Shown here: positions 9,719-21,817 of the stretch, piece by piece
How positions within the stretch are numbered: position 1 is the first letter of the stretch
How the letters are laid out: every line of letters begins with the position of its first letter
DNA from: Mycobacterium leprae TN
Lineage (GTDB): Bacteria > Actinomycetota > Actinomycetes > Mycobacteriales > Mycobacteriaceae
Assembly: GCF_000195855.1 (NCBI RefSeq)
Contig: NC_002677.1
Location: forward strand, 1,350,001 to 1,382,000
Direction of reading: 5' to 3'
DNA: 32,000 nt
Notes under the pieces: generated by a model
Seen by the model: the letters and a program-made list of their open reading frames with translations, nothing else
Databases searched by the model: none
What the model was told of the DNA's origin: nothing
Made by a program: the position numbers and the translations under genes

Positions 9719-12300
9719 GTGAAAGCTCTTTATTATTTTACCATTTTTACCGTTCGTGCCCACCTATCGGACTGCCTCGCCGCGCTCGACTAGCTATTGA
9801 CCAACCTGCGGTGGTCGTAGGACAAGTCGACGCAAGATATATTCCGCGACCATCGTTTCGACGTTGTGTGGGCAATGACCCGGTGGCGCTATTGTGAAGT
9901 GGTGAGTCCGTCACGGCTCGACGAGATGGCACTCGACGAGGGGTTCCTGTGCCGACTCGATGAGCGGGCTGCCGACTTGAACGACTATAACTAAGCTGTT
10001 CGCGGTGGTATCAATAGCAGCAGGCTGATGTGATGATGCCCAACGCCATATACGTACTCCTCGATGGAGATCGGAGTCGCCGAGGCGTTACCCAAATTAC
10101 TCGGGCAGCTTCGGCATTCTGGCTGGCGGTCACCTGAAGGCCGCCTCCGATCTGGGGGTGCAGCTGATTGCGGTGGTTCTCTCCTACTGCTCCTGGCACT
10201 TCCGACAGTCGTGGACCGAGAACGGCTGGCAACACGAGACCTACCCGTCGCTGGATCCGCAAGGGCTCCCGTTTTGGCTACTCACCGCTGGCAACGGCGA
10301 TCCTGTGTTGGTTGGAGCTGACTTTGCCCGACGCTGCGTAGCTGCGGACCCGGATCTGGGGTCGCGCCGGTGGGTTGTGTTCCGTTGTGTTTGCTGGACT
10401 CCGACGTCCCTGAGAACGAGCACGATCTGCGGGACGTTACTGGACGACTCTATGGAGGTGATCATGAGCATCGCATCAAGCAACAAGAGGTCCTGGTCGG
10501 TATCGGCGGTGTGCGGGTGATCCGCGTGTGTACCTTCAGTGCGGGGCTGCCCGCGCCCGAGGATTCCACGGGAACGAGGGCCACGCCGGATCCCTCGTAA
10601 CCGAACACATCCGCGAATTGGTCCACCGATTCGGGATGGGATTTCGACACCGTGCTGGCTGTCGTGCAGTCCAGCACGGTATTCATCACGGACACCCCGG
10701 TGCATGCCGATATTGACCGGTTCCCGGTAGAGTCTGGGGTGCTGCTACTTCTCGGATGTGCTCGCACTGTTGCCGGGGTTCCTGTGGAGCGAAGCCTCGC
10801 ACTTGGCGCCGAGGGCAATCTGACCAAATTCAACATGGCACACATGGGTCTGCGGCTGGCGCAACGGGCCAACGGCATCTTGCTGCTGCATGGCCTGGTG
10901 AACTGGGTCATGTTCAGCCAGTTATGGTGCGGATTTGACCACGACGAGGTTGCCGATCGGGGCGATTACCAATGGCGTGCATGTGCGCACTTGGGTGGCG
11001 CCACAGTGGTTGCAGCTGGGATGCGAACTAGCTGGGTCGGATTCGTTCAGTCAGTGACCTCGGAGTCTGGCTGCGATTGCAACAGGTTGATTCGGGCCAT
11101 TTGTGGTGGATCCGCTCGCAACTGATTGATGACATCCGGGAGCGGCTTGAGTTGCTCCCGGTGGGAACGCGGTGCGTTGGACGTCGAATTGGGCTGGAGC
11201 AGGGCGGTGTTTGATCCGACTGTGCTGACTATTGTCTTCGTGCCGCCGCGTTCCCAAGTATAAGTGCCTTACCTTGATGTTGCGCGATCCGGATCGGCTG
11301 GAACGGCTGCTGCTCGAAGACAACAAGTGATCGTTGCCGAGAAGTCGCACCCCGCTGGTGACGGTGGCAAGGCATTGAATCCAACAGGTGGCGCGGTTTA
11401 CTGACCGTCCGCAGGTGTGCCACCGTATCGCCTTCCTGCCCGATTACAACATGTCGATAGACCGCAAATTGTAACTGGGGCTGTGATTTTGATTGAACAA
11501 TCCGCTGCGACCATTGTAGGTGTGCGGCACCTCGGGGATGAAGAGTGCTCTGAACGACGGATTGAATCTGTCCATACGCGATGGCTGGTTGGACGAATGG
11601 TGCGACGGAGAGATACCGTCTGCCAACAGCGTGGCGGACGAGGCTCGTCGAGGCGATCTGGAAGTTGGCGTGCTCTACGACCTCCTAGAACACGCGGTGG
11701 TACCGAAGTTCTATGAACGTGACGAACGCGGGGTTCTGTCACGGGGGATCGAAATGGTGCGACACACTCTGCAGACGTTTTGGGCCGAAAGTGTGGGCAT
11801 CCCGTATAGATGTGTGACTACGTCGAACACTGCTACGTGACTGCGGCGCAGTAGCTGCGCAGGACGGTTGCACCGCCCGAGAGCGGCGAGACGGTGGGTG
11901 AGGTATGGCCCGCAAGCTGGTTGTTTACTGTCAGCGCGTAGAAGAAGTATGGCCGATGATTGACATCACCTACGTCGACGGCACCGTCTTGCCCGATAAC
12001 CCGGTGCTTGGATCGAAGTTGACTCTGACTGCCACCGTGCAGCTGGCCGGCTTGGGGCCCGATGAGGTGACGGTGCAAGCGGTGCTTGGTAGGGTGGGAG
12101 GCAGTGATATGGTGATAGATCAGGTCAATATCGAAATGACCTACATCTATACCGCCGAGGGCGGCAACGAGATCTTTTCTACGACAACGCTGCTGCCTTT
12201 GCGCGGGGTGGGCGTTTCGGATACACGGTGCGAATCTTGCCTCGCCATCCGATGTTTGCGGCCAGTAACGAGCTGGGTCTGGCCATCCTACTTCTAGTAG
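9719..12300 (+). pseudogene. glgP: Glycogen (alpha-glucan) phosphorylase pseudogene
   Basis: The start region 'VKALYYFTIFTVRAHLSDCLAALD*' has an in-frame TAG at 9791..9793. Later colinear fragments are in shifting frames: 'WQHETYPSLDPQGLPF', 'NEGHAG', 'KFNMAHMGLRLAQRANG', 'CGTSGMKSALNDGLNLSIRDGW', 'VVPKFYERDERGV' and the C-terminal 'LGSKLTLTATVQLAGLGPDEVTVQAVLGRV' (ORF 11905..12297). The 3' boundary is approximate. Confidence 0.85.
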
Positions 12301-12313
12301 ATACGGCCCCCAC

Positions 12314-13380
12314 CTACCTCATGACTCCCTGCGGATCCTTGGCAGCCCCGTGAGGCTGTTCCTCGCTTGTGTCACCGAACTGAAGCTTTTGATTGCCGGC
12401 GATCAATTTGCTTGGCATCGACGAAACGAGGAGCTCGTTGCCCTTTGCTTTTGCCGCAATCCGTGCCGCGAAGAGATCACATTGTGACCAGAGAAATTCT
12501 TTTGCTCGCGGATCAGTTCGCCAGCGTGCAGTCTGATCCGGACATGCAACACCCCGGCTATTGGGACGATCATGACGCTCCGCGAAGTCGTGCCGGAGCG
12601 TGATTGCATAACGGATCGTGCTGCTGGCGCTGTCTAACGTTACGATGAATCCATCTTCCTGCGGATTTGACCTCAAAGCTGCAGTGCGTTGTTAGATGAC
12701 TACGGATGACAGTGTTGTGGCCGTGCAGCAGCTTGAGCCACCGCTCGTTCCCGAGTTACTTGGTGAACACCGTCGGAGCCTTCGATGTTTGAAGAACATG
12801 ATTGTGACCGTTCTGTCGGGCGCCGCTACTGTGTGCAGGTTGGGACGGTTTAGCTCGATGGATTGCGCAACGCTGTCCAATCTCGTCCAGCTGTGCATAG
12901 GCTTCAGTTCTTGGGGGGCTTGATGCTCCTGGCGCAGTTGCATGAGTGGCTCCACTTCGACGCCGTATGCCAATGCGTAGCGCCAGCGCAGGCTCCTGGT
13001 TGATAAGACCCATCGCCTTCTGCCGATCCTCCCTGTTCAGAAGTGCGTTCGTACTCTTACTCTTAGTAGACTTGCCGGGTCACTAGATCGAGTCGATCTC
13101 GGCCGTTGCGCGCCAGCGGAAGCTTCGAAATGGCGCATGGCATTCTCGTCGCGGCCGGTCACCGCGGCGGCAGCCCATTTGCGTTGAAGTTGAATAAGTG
13201 GATCCTTGCGGCACTTATCGGTGTGCCACGCTAGGACTTCGCGGACTGCGATCCGGCCGGTCTGGCGGGTGCTGTCTCTGGTGGAATTGCAGGAATCCGA
13301 CTACATTGCTATGCGTCACCATGTGATGCCGGCGCGGGTTAGCGTCGCTGCCGATGCCATCCCGCTGCGAATTGTCGTCG
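12314..13380 (-). pseudogene. dinG: ATP-dependent helicase DinG remnant (about half length)
   Basis: The position is syntenic, downstream of pncB. Weak colinear matches are 'TGRIAVREVLAW' (GTGKSLAYLVPA), 'LIQLQRKW' (TIALQRQL), 'SLLRVRVRTHF' (ALLKGRRNYLC), 'YAQLDEIGQR' (VVDEAHEL) and 'FLWSQ' (SLWQG). Only about 1.07 kb remains where about 2.0 kb is expected. Boundaries are approximate. Confidence 0.5.
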
Positions 13381-13386
13381 TGTGCA

Positions 13387-14573
13387 TCAGGTGTCGACGA
13401 TGTTCGGCACTTGCGGCGTGCTGGAGGCGAGATCGTCGGCGCTGGTACGGCCGGCGATCACCGGGATATCGTCGCCCGCCAACGCGGCTACCGGCAGGCT
13501 GTTTTCGTACGGTACGGTGTACGTTTTGGGCAGCAAGTACTCGTAGACATGGGTGTCTATCGCAGTCGTAACTATGCCTGTGGCGGCAAGGGCTACGATC
13601 ATCGCGCTAATGGTGATGTTGGCCGAACTGGTCAACCGGCAGCCCAGTCGCCTCTAGCTCCTCCAACACCCCCAAGTGGGTGGATCCGCGTGCCACGCCA
13701 CGGTCGAGAACCAGCCCGATCAAGCGACTCGCGATGCGCGCGGCAAGCGGGCGAAGGTTGGCGGTGGCGTTTTCAGGGCGAACCACATGCATCGACTGCC
13801 GCGTGATCACTTCCTCCCACCTGCGGCGGTGTTCACGTTAGGTGTGCGGGTCTGCCAATACCCAGGTAGGTGCCATCCCGCACGTGTCGGTAGCGGAGTT
13901 AACGGTGGTGCTGGGTCGGCAACCACCAACACGGCGCGGTCAGCTATGTGCAAGCACAAATCGCGTAAGCTTGCGTTGCCGGCTGTAGCCTGCAGTACCA
14001 TTTTGTCCGCAGCAAGCTCCGCGTTTCCAGCCCTTTGCGGTCGACGCGGCCGGGGCTCAGCGCGTAGCTGCCGCGACCGCGGCGTATTTGTGGGTATGTC
14101 GCGATCCCATTTCGATCAGCGGGCGTTCCCCAGCGGTACTGACCATGGTAAGTAGCCGCAGATGCGATCGCACTGTTGTGGTTGAAGATCGATAGCATCA
14201 GCGTTTCGATCACCACGCATTCGGCGCAGGTTCCGAGCACCGATAGGTACAGGTGACCCGGGAAAGTTAGAGTTCACCTTTTGCGTACCCGTCGATGTCG
14301 CCGCCGAACCGGAAACCGTGTAGATAGTTCAACGTGTCGGGGCCGAGGAATTGGGCCAGCAACTGGCAGGGATCGTTGAACCTCAACTGGGGCAAGGTTT
14401 TTAGCAATCGACCGATTACGGCAATCACCCTGTAACGGCGACTATCCGGGAGTCGGCAGGTGAACACTTCCAATGTGGTTCAGCGGTGAGTGGTGCCGTT
14501 GTGTAATGTCACTTGTCAACATAGTTAATTTGTACCTGTCGGTCAGCAGCTCGTCGAAGACCGAGTTGTTCAT
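13387..14573 (-). pseudogene. pncB: Nicotinate phosphoribosyltransferase pseudogene
   Basis: The ATG is at 14571..14573: '[19 protein letters not shown]'. After a frameshift comes 'FTCRLPDSRRYRVIAVIGRLLKTLPQLRF...FRFGGDIDGYAKGEL*' (ORF 14267..14473). Further shifts give 'NFPGSPV', 'AECVVIETLMLSIFNHNSAIASAA' and 'ERPLIEMGSRHTH'. There are several frameshifts and stops. The C-terminal assignment (13387..13635) is less certain. Confidence 0.7.
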
Positions 14574-14620
14574 TCCGCAACGGTAACGGCTGTCAGCGCA
14601 AGCTCGGTATCGTGTGGGTC

Positions 14621-14938
14621 ATGGTTGTTACGTTAGCTCCGATAGAACCGAAGGTGAGGCCGAACACAACCTGGCAACACGAGTCAGCTCCAGTAGACAT
14701 CACGGCCGCTCGATGGGTCACGATTGTGTGGGATGACCCCGTCAACTTGATGGCGTACGTGACGTATGTGTTTCAGAAATTGTTTGGCTACAGCGAGCCT
14801 CATGCCACCAAGCTGATGCTGCAGGTTCACAATGAAGGTAAGGCAGTGGTGTCGATGGGTAGTCGGGAGTCCATGGAGGTCGATGTGTCCAAGCTGCATG
14901 CCGCCGGTTTGTGGGCGACGATGCAGCAGGACCGGTGA
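14621..14938 (+). CDS. clpS: ATP-dependent Clp protease adaptor ClpS
   Basis: '[46 protein letters not shown]' is the canonical ClpS core. The open frame begins at GTG 14612; ATG 14621 ('MVVTLAP') fits the homologue's N-terminus better. Confidence 0.93.
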   Translation: MVVTLAPIEPKVRPNTTWQHESAPVDITAARWVTIVWDDPVNLMAYVTYVFQKLFGYSEPHATKLMLQVHNEGKAVVSMGSRESMEVDVSKLHAAGLWATMQQDR

Positions 14939-14963
14939 GGTCCGAAGGTATCCAGGATCGTTC

Positions 14964-15551
14964 GTGCGCAAATGGAAGCGCGTTGAGACTGCCAACGGCC
15001 CCCGTTTTCGGTCCGTCGTGGCGCCGCACGAGGTTGCCCTGCTCAAGCACCTCGTCGGCGCGCTGCTCGGCTTGCTGAACGAGCGTGAATCTTCCTCGCC
15101 TCTAGACGAACTTGAGGTAATAACCGGTATTAAAGCCGGGAATGCGCAGCGCCCGGAGGACCCGACGTTGCGTCGGCTGTTGCCAGATTTCTACACTCCG
15201 GACGACAAGGACCAATTAGACCCCGCGGCTCTCGATGCCGTCGATAGCCTGAACGCCGCGTTGCGCAGTCTGCACGAACCGGAGATTGTGGACGCCAAAC
15301 GCTCTGCTGCACAGCAGTTGTTGGATACGCTTCCGGAAAGTGACGGCCGGCTGGAATTGACTGAAGCAAGTGCGAATGCCTGGATCGCTGCGGTTAACGA
15401 TCTTCGACTGGCACTGGGTGTCATACTCGAGATCGACCGGCCGGCACCCGAACGGGTGCCGGCCGGTCATCCACTATCCGTGCACTTCGACGTCTACCAG
15501 TGGCTGACGGTGTTGCAGGAATACTTGGTTTTGGCGCTGATGGCTACCTGA
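14964..15551 (+). CDS. DUF2017-family protein (Rv1332-like), downstream partner of clpS
   Basis: The ORF track frame is open from 14832 but overlaps clpS. GTG 14964 gives 'VRKWKRVETANGPRFRSVVAPHEVALLKHLVG...', matching the recalled Rv1332 N-terminus. The frame is intact to the stop at 15549..15551. Confidence 0.85.
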   Translation: MRKWKRVETANGPRFRSVVAPHEVALLKHLVGALLGLLNERESSSPLDELEVITGIKAGNAQRPEDPTLRRLLPDFYTPDDKDQLDPAALDAVDSLNAALRSLHEPEIVDAKRSAAQQLLDTLPESDGRLELTEASANAWIAAVNDLRLALGVILEIDRPAPERVPAGHPLSVHFDVYQWLTVLQEYLVLALMAT

Positions 15552-15571
15552 TGATCTTGATGGCAGCGCCG

Positions 15572-16639
15572 ATGAACTCCATAACCGACATTTCGGGTAT
15601 CCAGGTTGGCCACTACCACAGGCTTGATCCTGATGCGTCCCTTGGTGCGGGTTGGGCGTGTGGTGTGACTGTTGTGCTGACACCGCCTGGGACGGTTGGC
15701 GCGGTCGATTGCCGGGGTGGGGTGCCAGGCACCCGGGAGACCGATTTGCTTGATCCAGCCAACAGTGTGCGGTTCGTTGATGCGGTGTTGCTCGCCGGCG
15801 GTAGCGCCTACGGTCTGGCAGCCGCCGATGGCGTCATGCGCTGGCTGGAGGAACACGAGCGCGGCGTGGTGATGCTCGGCGGAGTGGTGCCCATCGTGCC
15901 GGGTGCGGTGATTTTCGATTTGTCAGTCGGTGACTTTCATTGCCGACCGACAGCGGAATTCGGCTATTTGGCTTGTCAAGCCGCTTACGATGCCGCTGTT
16001 GGTGGTCAAGATGCCACCGTGGCTGTCGGGACGGTGGGTGCCGGGGTGGGGGCCCGCGCTGGCGTGCTTAAGGGTGGTGTCGGCACCGCGTCGATCACAC
16101 TGGAGTCGGGGCCGACGGTGGGCGCGGTGGTCGTGGTGAACTCCGTGGGCGATGTCGTCGACCGCGCCACTGGTCTGCCCTGGATGACAGATCTGATCGA
16201 CGAGTTCGCTCTGCGACCACCCTCGCCCGAGCAGATCGCCGGGTTTGCACAGCTAAAGTCCCCGTTGAGCGCGCTGAACACGACGATCGGCGTGGTAGCG
16301 ACCGATGCCACGCTGAGCCCGGCGGCGTGCCAGCGTGTCGCAATGGCCGCTCAGGACGGCCTGGCCCGAACTATCCGTCCAGCGCACACTGCGCTGGACG
16401 GTGACACGGTGTTCGCACTGGCCACCGGAGCGGTCGAAGCCACAGCGACGGCTGATGTACCCGTCGCGATGTCGCCGGAGACGGGCCTGATCACTGAGGT
16501 CGGTGCGGCTGCGGACGACTGTTTGGCTCGTGCAGTGCTGGTTGCGGTGCTGGCTGCCGAGTCGGTCGCTGGAATACCGACTTACTGCGGCATGTTTCCT
16601 GGAGCGTTCGGGACCACAATCGGAGGGGGCAACCGTTGA
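15572..16639 (+). CDS. DmpA/peptidase S58-family aminopeptidase-like hydrolase (Rv1333-like)
   Basis: 'MNSITDISGIQVGHYHRLDPDASLGAGWACGVTVVL...GTRETDLLDP...LLAGGSAYGLAAADGVMRWLEE'. An alternative start at ATG 15551 overlaps the upstream stop (TGATG). The frame is intact. Confidence 0.85.
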   Translation: MNSITDISGIQVGHYHRLDPDASLGAGWACGVTVVLTPPGTVGAVDCRGGVPGTRETDLLDPANSVRFVDAVLLAGGSAYGLAAADGVMRWLEEHERGVVMLGGVVPIVPGAVIFDLSVGDFHCRPTAEFGYLACQAAYDAAVGGQDATVAVGTVGAGVGARAGVLKGGVGTASITLESGPTVGAVVVVNSVGDVVDRATGLPWMTDLIDEFALRPPSPEQIAGFAQLKSPLSALNTTIGVVATDATLSPAACQRVAMAAQDGLARTIRPAHTALDGDTVFALATGAVEATATADVPVAMSPETGLITEVGAAADDCLARAVLVAVLAAESVAGIPTYCGMFPGAFGTTIGGGNR

Positions 16640-16640
16640 C

Positions 16641-17059
16641 GTGGTGGTGATTCGTGCTGACTGGTGGAGGCGATAGTGTCCCACGCACGTCGCGACCACC
16701 CTGACGAAGCGTGTGGGGTGCTGGTCGGTCTCGAGGGTTTCGATCGCCCCCAAGCGCCACATCTCAATGGTCAACGCTGAGCGGTCGTCGACGTTCTACT
16801 GATTCGATGCGCAAAAGCAGCTCCACGTGTGGCGGTCGATAGAGGACACAGGTAAGGCTGCCGTCGTCATCTATACACTCACATATCGAGATCTAGCGGG
16901 TATGCCAGCCGTACGAATGTCAACCTAGCCGCTGGCCGGGACGTAAATTGTGTAGTTTTTAATTGTCTACCCGCGACCCAGACAGTCACGAGCTGCCTAG
17001 GTTCTAGTACCGCCGTCGTCATCGAGGGATCCATCATTATAACGTACGAACAGTACTGA
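16641..17059 (+). pseudogene. mec: JAMM/MPN+ metalloprotease Mec (CysO-cysteine peptidase) pseudogene
   Basis: 'VVVIRAD' is followed by a frameshift to 'LVEAIVSHARRDHPDEACGVLVGLEGFDRPQ', then further shifts and stops. The original C-terminus is recognisable as '...AVVIEGSIIITYEQY*', ending at 17057..17059. Confidence 0.75.
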
Positions 17060-17102
17060 ATACCCCCCGAAAAGGTTCTCCACGATTCCGAGAAAGGCTC
17101 AC

Positions 17103-17386
17103 ATGAGCGTCACTGGAGTTTTACACTCTAACCCCGATTAGCCTGCGACCCCACATCGGTGTCCAGAAGCGCGTATCTGCCAGCGGCGACACACTAGGGT
17201 GGTCATTATTTAGTGGCCTAGAGTACAACTACTCGAGTATCGCCAAGCTCCTGGTTGATAACGGGAAGTTACAGCTGCTTCGTGAACATCTATGTCAACG
17301 ACGAGGACGTGCGGTTTTCCGGCAACTTACGCACTGCGTTAGTCTACGGGTGATTCGGTCACCATCTTGCTTGCTGTGGCAGGTGG

Positions 17387-17390
<4 letters not shown>
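17103..17390 (+). pseudogene. cysO: Sulfur-carrier protein CysO pseudogene
   Basis: From the ATG at 17103 it reads 'MSVTGVLHSNPD*' (early stop) with several frame changes. The original C-terminus, including the terminal Gly-Gly, is preserved: 'VNIYVNDEDVRFSG...GDSVTILLAVAGG*' (stop 17388..17390). Confidence 0.75.
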
Positions 17391-18452
<1,062 letters not shown>

Positions 18453-19208
18453 ATGACCCCAACCGGCGACTGGTATAAAGGAGGTGATGAGGTGGGGGCA
18501 CCATCCGCTTGCGGGGGAGGATCGGCGCTCATGACCCTGCCGGAGAAAAACCTGGGCTATAAACCGGAGACCGAGACAAACAGGCGTCTGCGGTGGATGG
18601 TGGGTGGGGTCACGATCCTCACCTTTATGGCGTTGCTTTACCTCGTCGAGTTGATTGATCAACTGACGCGGCATTCCCTGGATAACAATGGGATTAGGCT
18701 GTTGAAAACTGACGTCCTGTGGGGGATCAGCTTCGCGCCTGTGCTGCATGCCAACTGGCAACATCTCGTGGCCAATACGATCCCGCTCCTGGTACTGGGG
18801 TTTCTGATAGCACTAGCCGGATTGTCCCGGTTCATTTGGGTCACCGCGATGGTATGGATCTTTGGCGGCTCTGCCACCTGGCTTATCGGCAATATGGGCA
18901 GCAGCTTCGGCCCGACCGACCACATCGGTGTCTCCGGTCTGATCTTCGGCTGGCTGGCTTTCTTGCTGGTGTTCGGGCTGTTCGTCCGCAGGGGGTGGGA
19001 CATCATCGGGTGCATGGTCTTATTCGCATACGGCGGTGTGCTGTTGGGCGTCATGCCGGTGCTCGGCAGATGCGGTGGTGTGTCGTGGCAGGGTCATTTG
19101 TGTGGCGCGATCTCAGGTGTCGTGGCCGCATATCTGTTGTCCGCGCCGGAACGTAAGACCCGCGCGCTCAAAGAAGCCGGCACCGATTCGCCGCGTCTGA
19201 AGACATGA
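18453..19208 (+). CDS. Rhomboid-family intramembrane serine protease (Rv1337-like)
   Basis: 251-aa multi-TM ORF. It has the catalytic Ser motif '[11 protein letters not shown]', the His region '[11 protein letters not shown]', and '[18 protein letters not shown]'. Confidence 0.85.
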
Positions 19209-20023
19209 GCTCGCCGCTGTTGCCCGTTGGGGTCTTTGACTCCGGCGTCGGCGGCTTGACAGTCGCGCGGGCGATCATCGACCAGCTGCCTGACGAGGAT
19301 ATTGTGTATGTGGGTGACACCGGCAACGGCCCGTACGGACCGCTCTCTATCCCTGAGATTCGTGCGCACGCGTTGGCTATCTGTGACGACCTAGTAGGCC
19401 GCGGCGTAAAGATACTGGTGATTGCATGCAACACGGCGTCTGCAGCGTGCCTGCGAGACGCTCGTGAGCGCTACGATGTGCCCGTAGTCGAGGTCATTTT
19501 GCCGGCAGTGCGCCGCGCGGTTGCCGCCACCCGCAACGGCCGCATTGGGGTCATCGGCACCCGGGCCACCATAGCCTCGCACGCGTACCAAGATGCGTTT
19601 GCTGCTGCCCGCGACACCGAGATCACCGCGGTGGCGTGCCCACGCTTTGTCGACTTCGTCGAGTGCGGTGTGACCAGCGGTCGTCAGGTGCTCGGACTGG
19701 CTGAAGGGTATCTGGAGCCGCTGCAGCGTTCCGGGGTTGACACGCTGGTGTTGGGTTGCACACACTACCCACTGCTGGCTGGACTGATTCAACTGGCGAT
19801 GGGAGAAAACGTCACGCTGGTCTCCAGCGCCGAGGAGACCGCCAAGGAAGTGCTGCGGGTGCTTACCGAAAGAGACCTGTTGCGTCGACATGACGCGCCG
19901 CCCGTTAACCGGGTTTTCGAAGCTACCGGTGACCCCGAAGCGTTCATTCAGTTGGCTGCGCGATTTCTCGGTCCAGCGGTGAGTGGTGTTCAACCTGCGC
20001 GACTTCATTCTCGTGTCCGTTAG
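19205..20023 (+). CDS. murI: Glutamate racemase
   Basis: 272 aa with '[13 protein letters not shown]', 'IACNTASA' and 'LGCTHYPL'. The ATG overlaps the rhomboid stop (ATGA, 19205..19208). Confidence 0.95.
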
Positions 20024-20101
20024 ATGAGTGCAAGAGATTCTGATCACCTTAATGGGCAATGTTTTCCTCATCCTGGTATCGGGCATGGCACAGTAGTGAC
20101 C

Positions 20102-20878
20102 GTGCGCATAACCGTGCTCGGCTGCTCCGGCAGTGTCGTGGGGCCGGATTCGCCTGCGTCGGGTTATCTGCTACGAGCCCCGGACACCCCGCCGCTGGTT
20201 CTTGACTTCGGTGGGGGAGTGCTCGGTGCGCTGCAGCGACACGCGGATCCTGGCTCGGTGCATGTGCTGTTGTCACATCTGCACGCTGACCACTGCTTGG
20301 ACATGCCCGGACTGTTCGTGTGGCGTCGCTATCATCCGACACGCCCGGTGGGCAAGGCGCTGCTATATGGCCCGGACGATACCTGGTTGCGGTTGGGGGC
20401 GGCGTCGTCACCGTACGGCGGCGAGATCGACGATTGCTCTGATATCTTCGATGTTCGCCATTGGGTCGACGGTGAACCGGTGCCCCTGGGAGCGCTGATG
20501 ATAATGCCGCGGCTGGTGGCTCATCCAACGGAATCCTACGGCTTGCGTATCACCGATCCCAGCGGTGCGTCGTTGGTCTACAGCGGTGACACTGGTAGCT
20601 GCGACCAACTTGTCGAACTGGCTCGGGGTGCGGATGTCTTCCTCTGCGAAGCATCCTGGACACACTCGCCGGACAGACCGCCGAATCTGCATCTGTCGGG
20701 CACCGAGGCTGGCAGGGCGGCGGCACAAGCAAGTGTCCGTGAGCTGTTGCTAACGCATATCCCGCCTTGGACGTCACGTGAGGACGTTATTAGTGAGGCC
20801 AAAGCGGAATTCGATGGTCCGGTGCACGCGGTGGTGTCCGGTGAGACCTTCGATATCCAAGCTCCCGAACGAGTCTGA
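20102..20878 (+). CDS. Metallo-beta-lactamase-fold hydrolase (Rv1339-like; that family is reported as an atypical cAMP phosphodiesterase)
   Basis: 'VRITVLGCSGSVVGPDSPASGYLL' and the metal motif 'LLSHLHADHCLD'. The start at GTG 20102 is chosen by similarity to the recalled homologue. The frame is also open from ATG 20024, which directly abuts the murI stop, so a 26-aa longer form is possible. Confidence 0.85.
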   Translation: MRITVLGCSGSVVGPDSPASGYLLRAPDTPPLVLDFGGGVLGALQRHADPGSVHVLLSHLHADHCLDMPGLFVWRRYHPTRPVGKALLYGPDDTWLRLGAASSPYGGEIDDCSDIFDVRHWVDGEPVPLGALMIMPRLVAHPTESYGLRITDPSGASLVYSGDTGSCDQLVELARGADVFLCEASWTHSPDRPPNLHLSGTEAGRAAAQASVRELLLTHIPPWTSREDVISEAKAEFDGPVHAVVSGETFDIQAPERV

Positions 20879-20967
20879 GCTGGCTTACGGCTTGTCGCAG
20901 GTTGCTTGCCTGCTTCTTGCGCGGACGCCGTGAAGGCGCGCCACCCTCGGCGGGCTAGGGTTGCTGC

Positions 20968-21747
20968 GTGTCCACACGAGCAGACGGTCGTCTTGATGAC
21001 GAACTTCGCGCGGTGGTCATCACTCGCGGGTTCACCGAACATCCGGCGGGTTCGGTGCTTATCGAATTCGGTCACACAAAAGTCATGTGCACCGCTAGTC
21101 CCACCGAGGGAGTGCCGCGCTGGCGGAAGGGATCGGGTAAGGGGTGGCTCACCGCCGAGTACGCGATGCTGCCGTCGGCCACCCATACTCGTTCGGAACG
21201 CGAATCGGTGAAAGGTCGGCTCAGCGGGCGCACACAGGAGATCAGCCGGCTGATCGGGCGGTCATTGCGGGCGTGCATCGATCTGGCGGCGCTCGGGGAG
21301 AACACCATCGCCGTCGACTGCGACGTGTTGCAAGCCGACGGTGGTACTCGCACTGCGGCTGTCACCGGCGCCTACGTGGCGTTGGCCGACGCGGTGACTT
21401 ACCTGTCGGCTGCAGGCAGGTTATTAGATCCCAGGCCGTTATCGTGTGCCATCGCTGCGGTCAGCGTTGGCGTGGTCGACGGCAGGATTCGGGTAGACCT
21501 GTCCTACGAGGAAGACTCGCGGGCCGAGGTCGACATGAACGTCATCGCGACCGACACCGGGACGCTGGTGGAGATTCAGGGGACTGGTGAGGGCGCCACG
21601 TTCCCGCGTTCGACGCTGGACAAGCTTCTTGATATGGCACTGGGTGCTTGCGACAAGTTATTCGTTGCACAGCGCGATGCGTTGGCGCTGCCGTATCAGG
21701 GTATGTCCCCTGAGGGACCGCCACCGCCGAAGGCGTTCGGCAGCTGA
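20968..21747 (+). CDS. rph: Ribonuclease PH
   Basis: 259 aa with a GTG start. '[19 protein letters not shown]...[17 protein letters not shown]' and '[27 protein letters not shown]'. Confidence 0.95.
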   Translation: MSTRADGRLDDELRAVVITRGFTEHPAGSVLIEFGHTKVMCTASPTEGVPRWRKGSGKGWLTAEYAMLPSATHTRSERESVKGRLSGRTQEISRLIGRSLRACIDLAALGENTIAVDCDVLQADGGTRTAAVTGAYVALADAVTYLSAAGRLLDPRPLSCAIAAVSVGVVDGRIRVDLSYEEDSRAEVDMNVIATDTGTLVEIQGTGEGATFPRSTLDKLLDMALGACDKLFVAQRDALALPYQGMSPEGPPPPKAFGS

Positions 21748-21817
21748 GTGTGCCGGCGACGATGCAGAGCGGAGTGATGATGTGGGGGTATCTCCCAGCC
21801 GTGAAGCGGCGAGAGGG
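21748..21817. repeat. MIRU-like intergenic repeat (long form), copy B
   Basis: It fills the rph stop to rdgB GTG gap exactly. The core 'gtgccggcgacgatgcagagcggagtgatgatgtggg' is shared with copy A. It encodes a mini-ORF 'MQSGVMMWGYLPAVKRREGWRL*' whose TGA lies inside the first codons of rdgB. Small ORFs overlapping the flanking genes are a described MIRU property. Confidence 0.5.

Noticed and set aside
14832-14963. An upstream extension of the DUF2017 gene overlapping clpS by about 100 bp (ORF track 14832..15551).
   Set aside because: The extension is an alternative frame of the conserved clpS coding sequence. Homology to the Rv1332 family begins at GTG 14964.
21587-21817. An N-terminal extension of rdgB: the ORF track gives 285 aa starting at 21587.
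   Set aside because: The extension overlaps the 3' end of rph and the MIRU-like repeat, and it is Arg-rich and low-complexity. Homology begins at GTG 21818 ('VALVTKLLVASRN').
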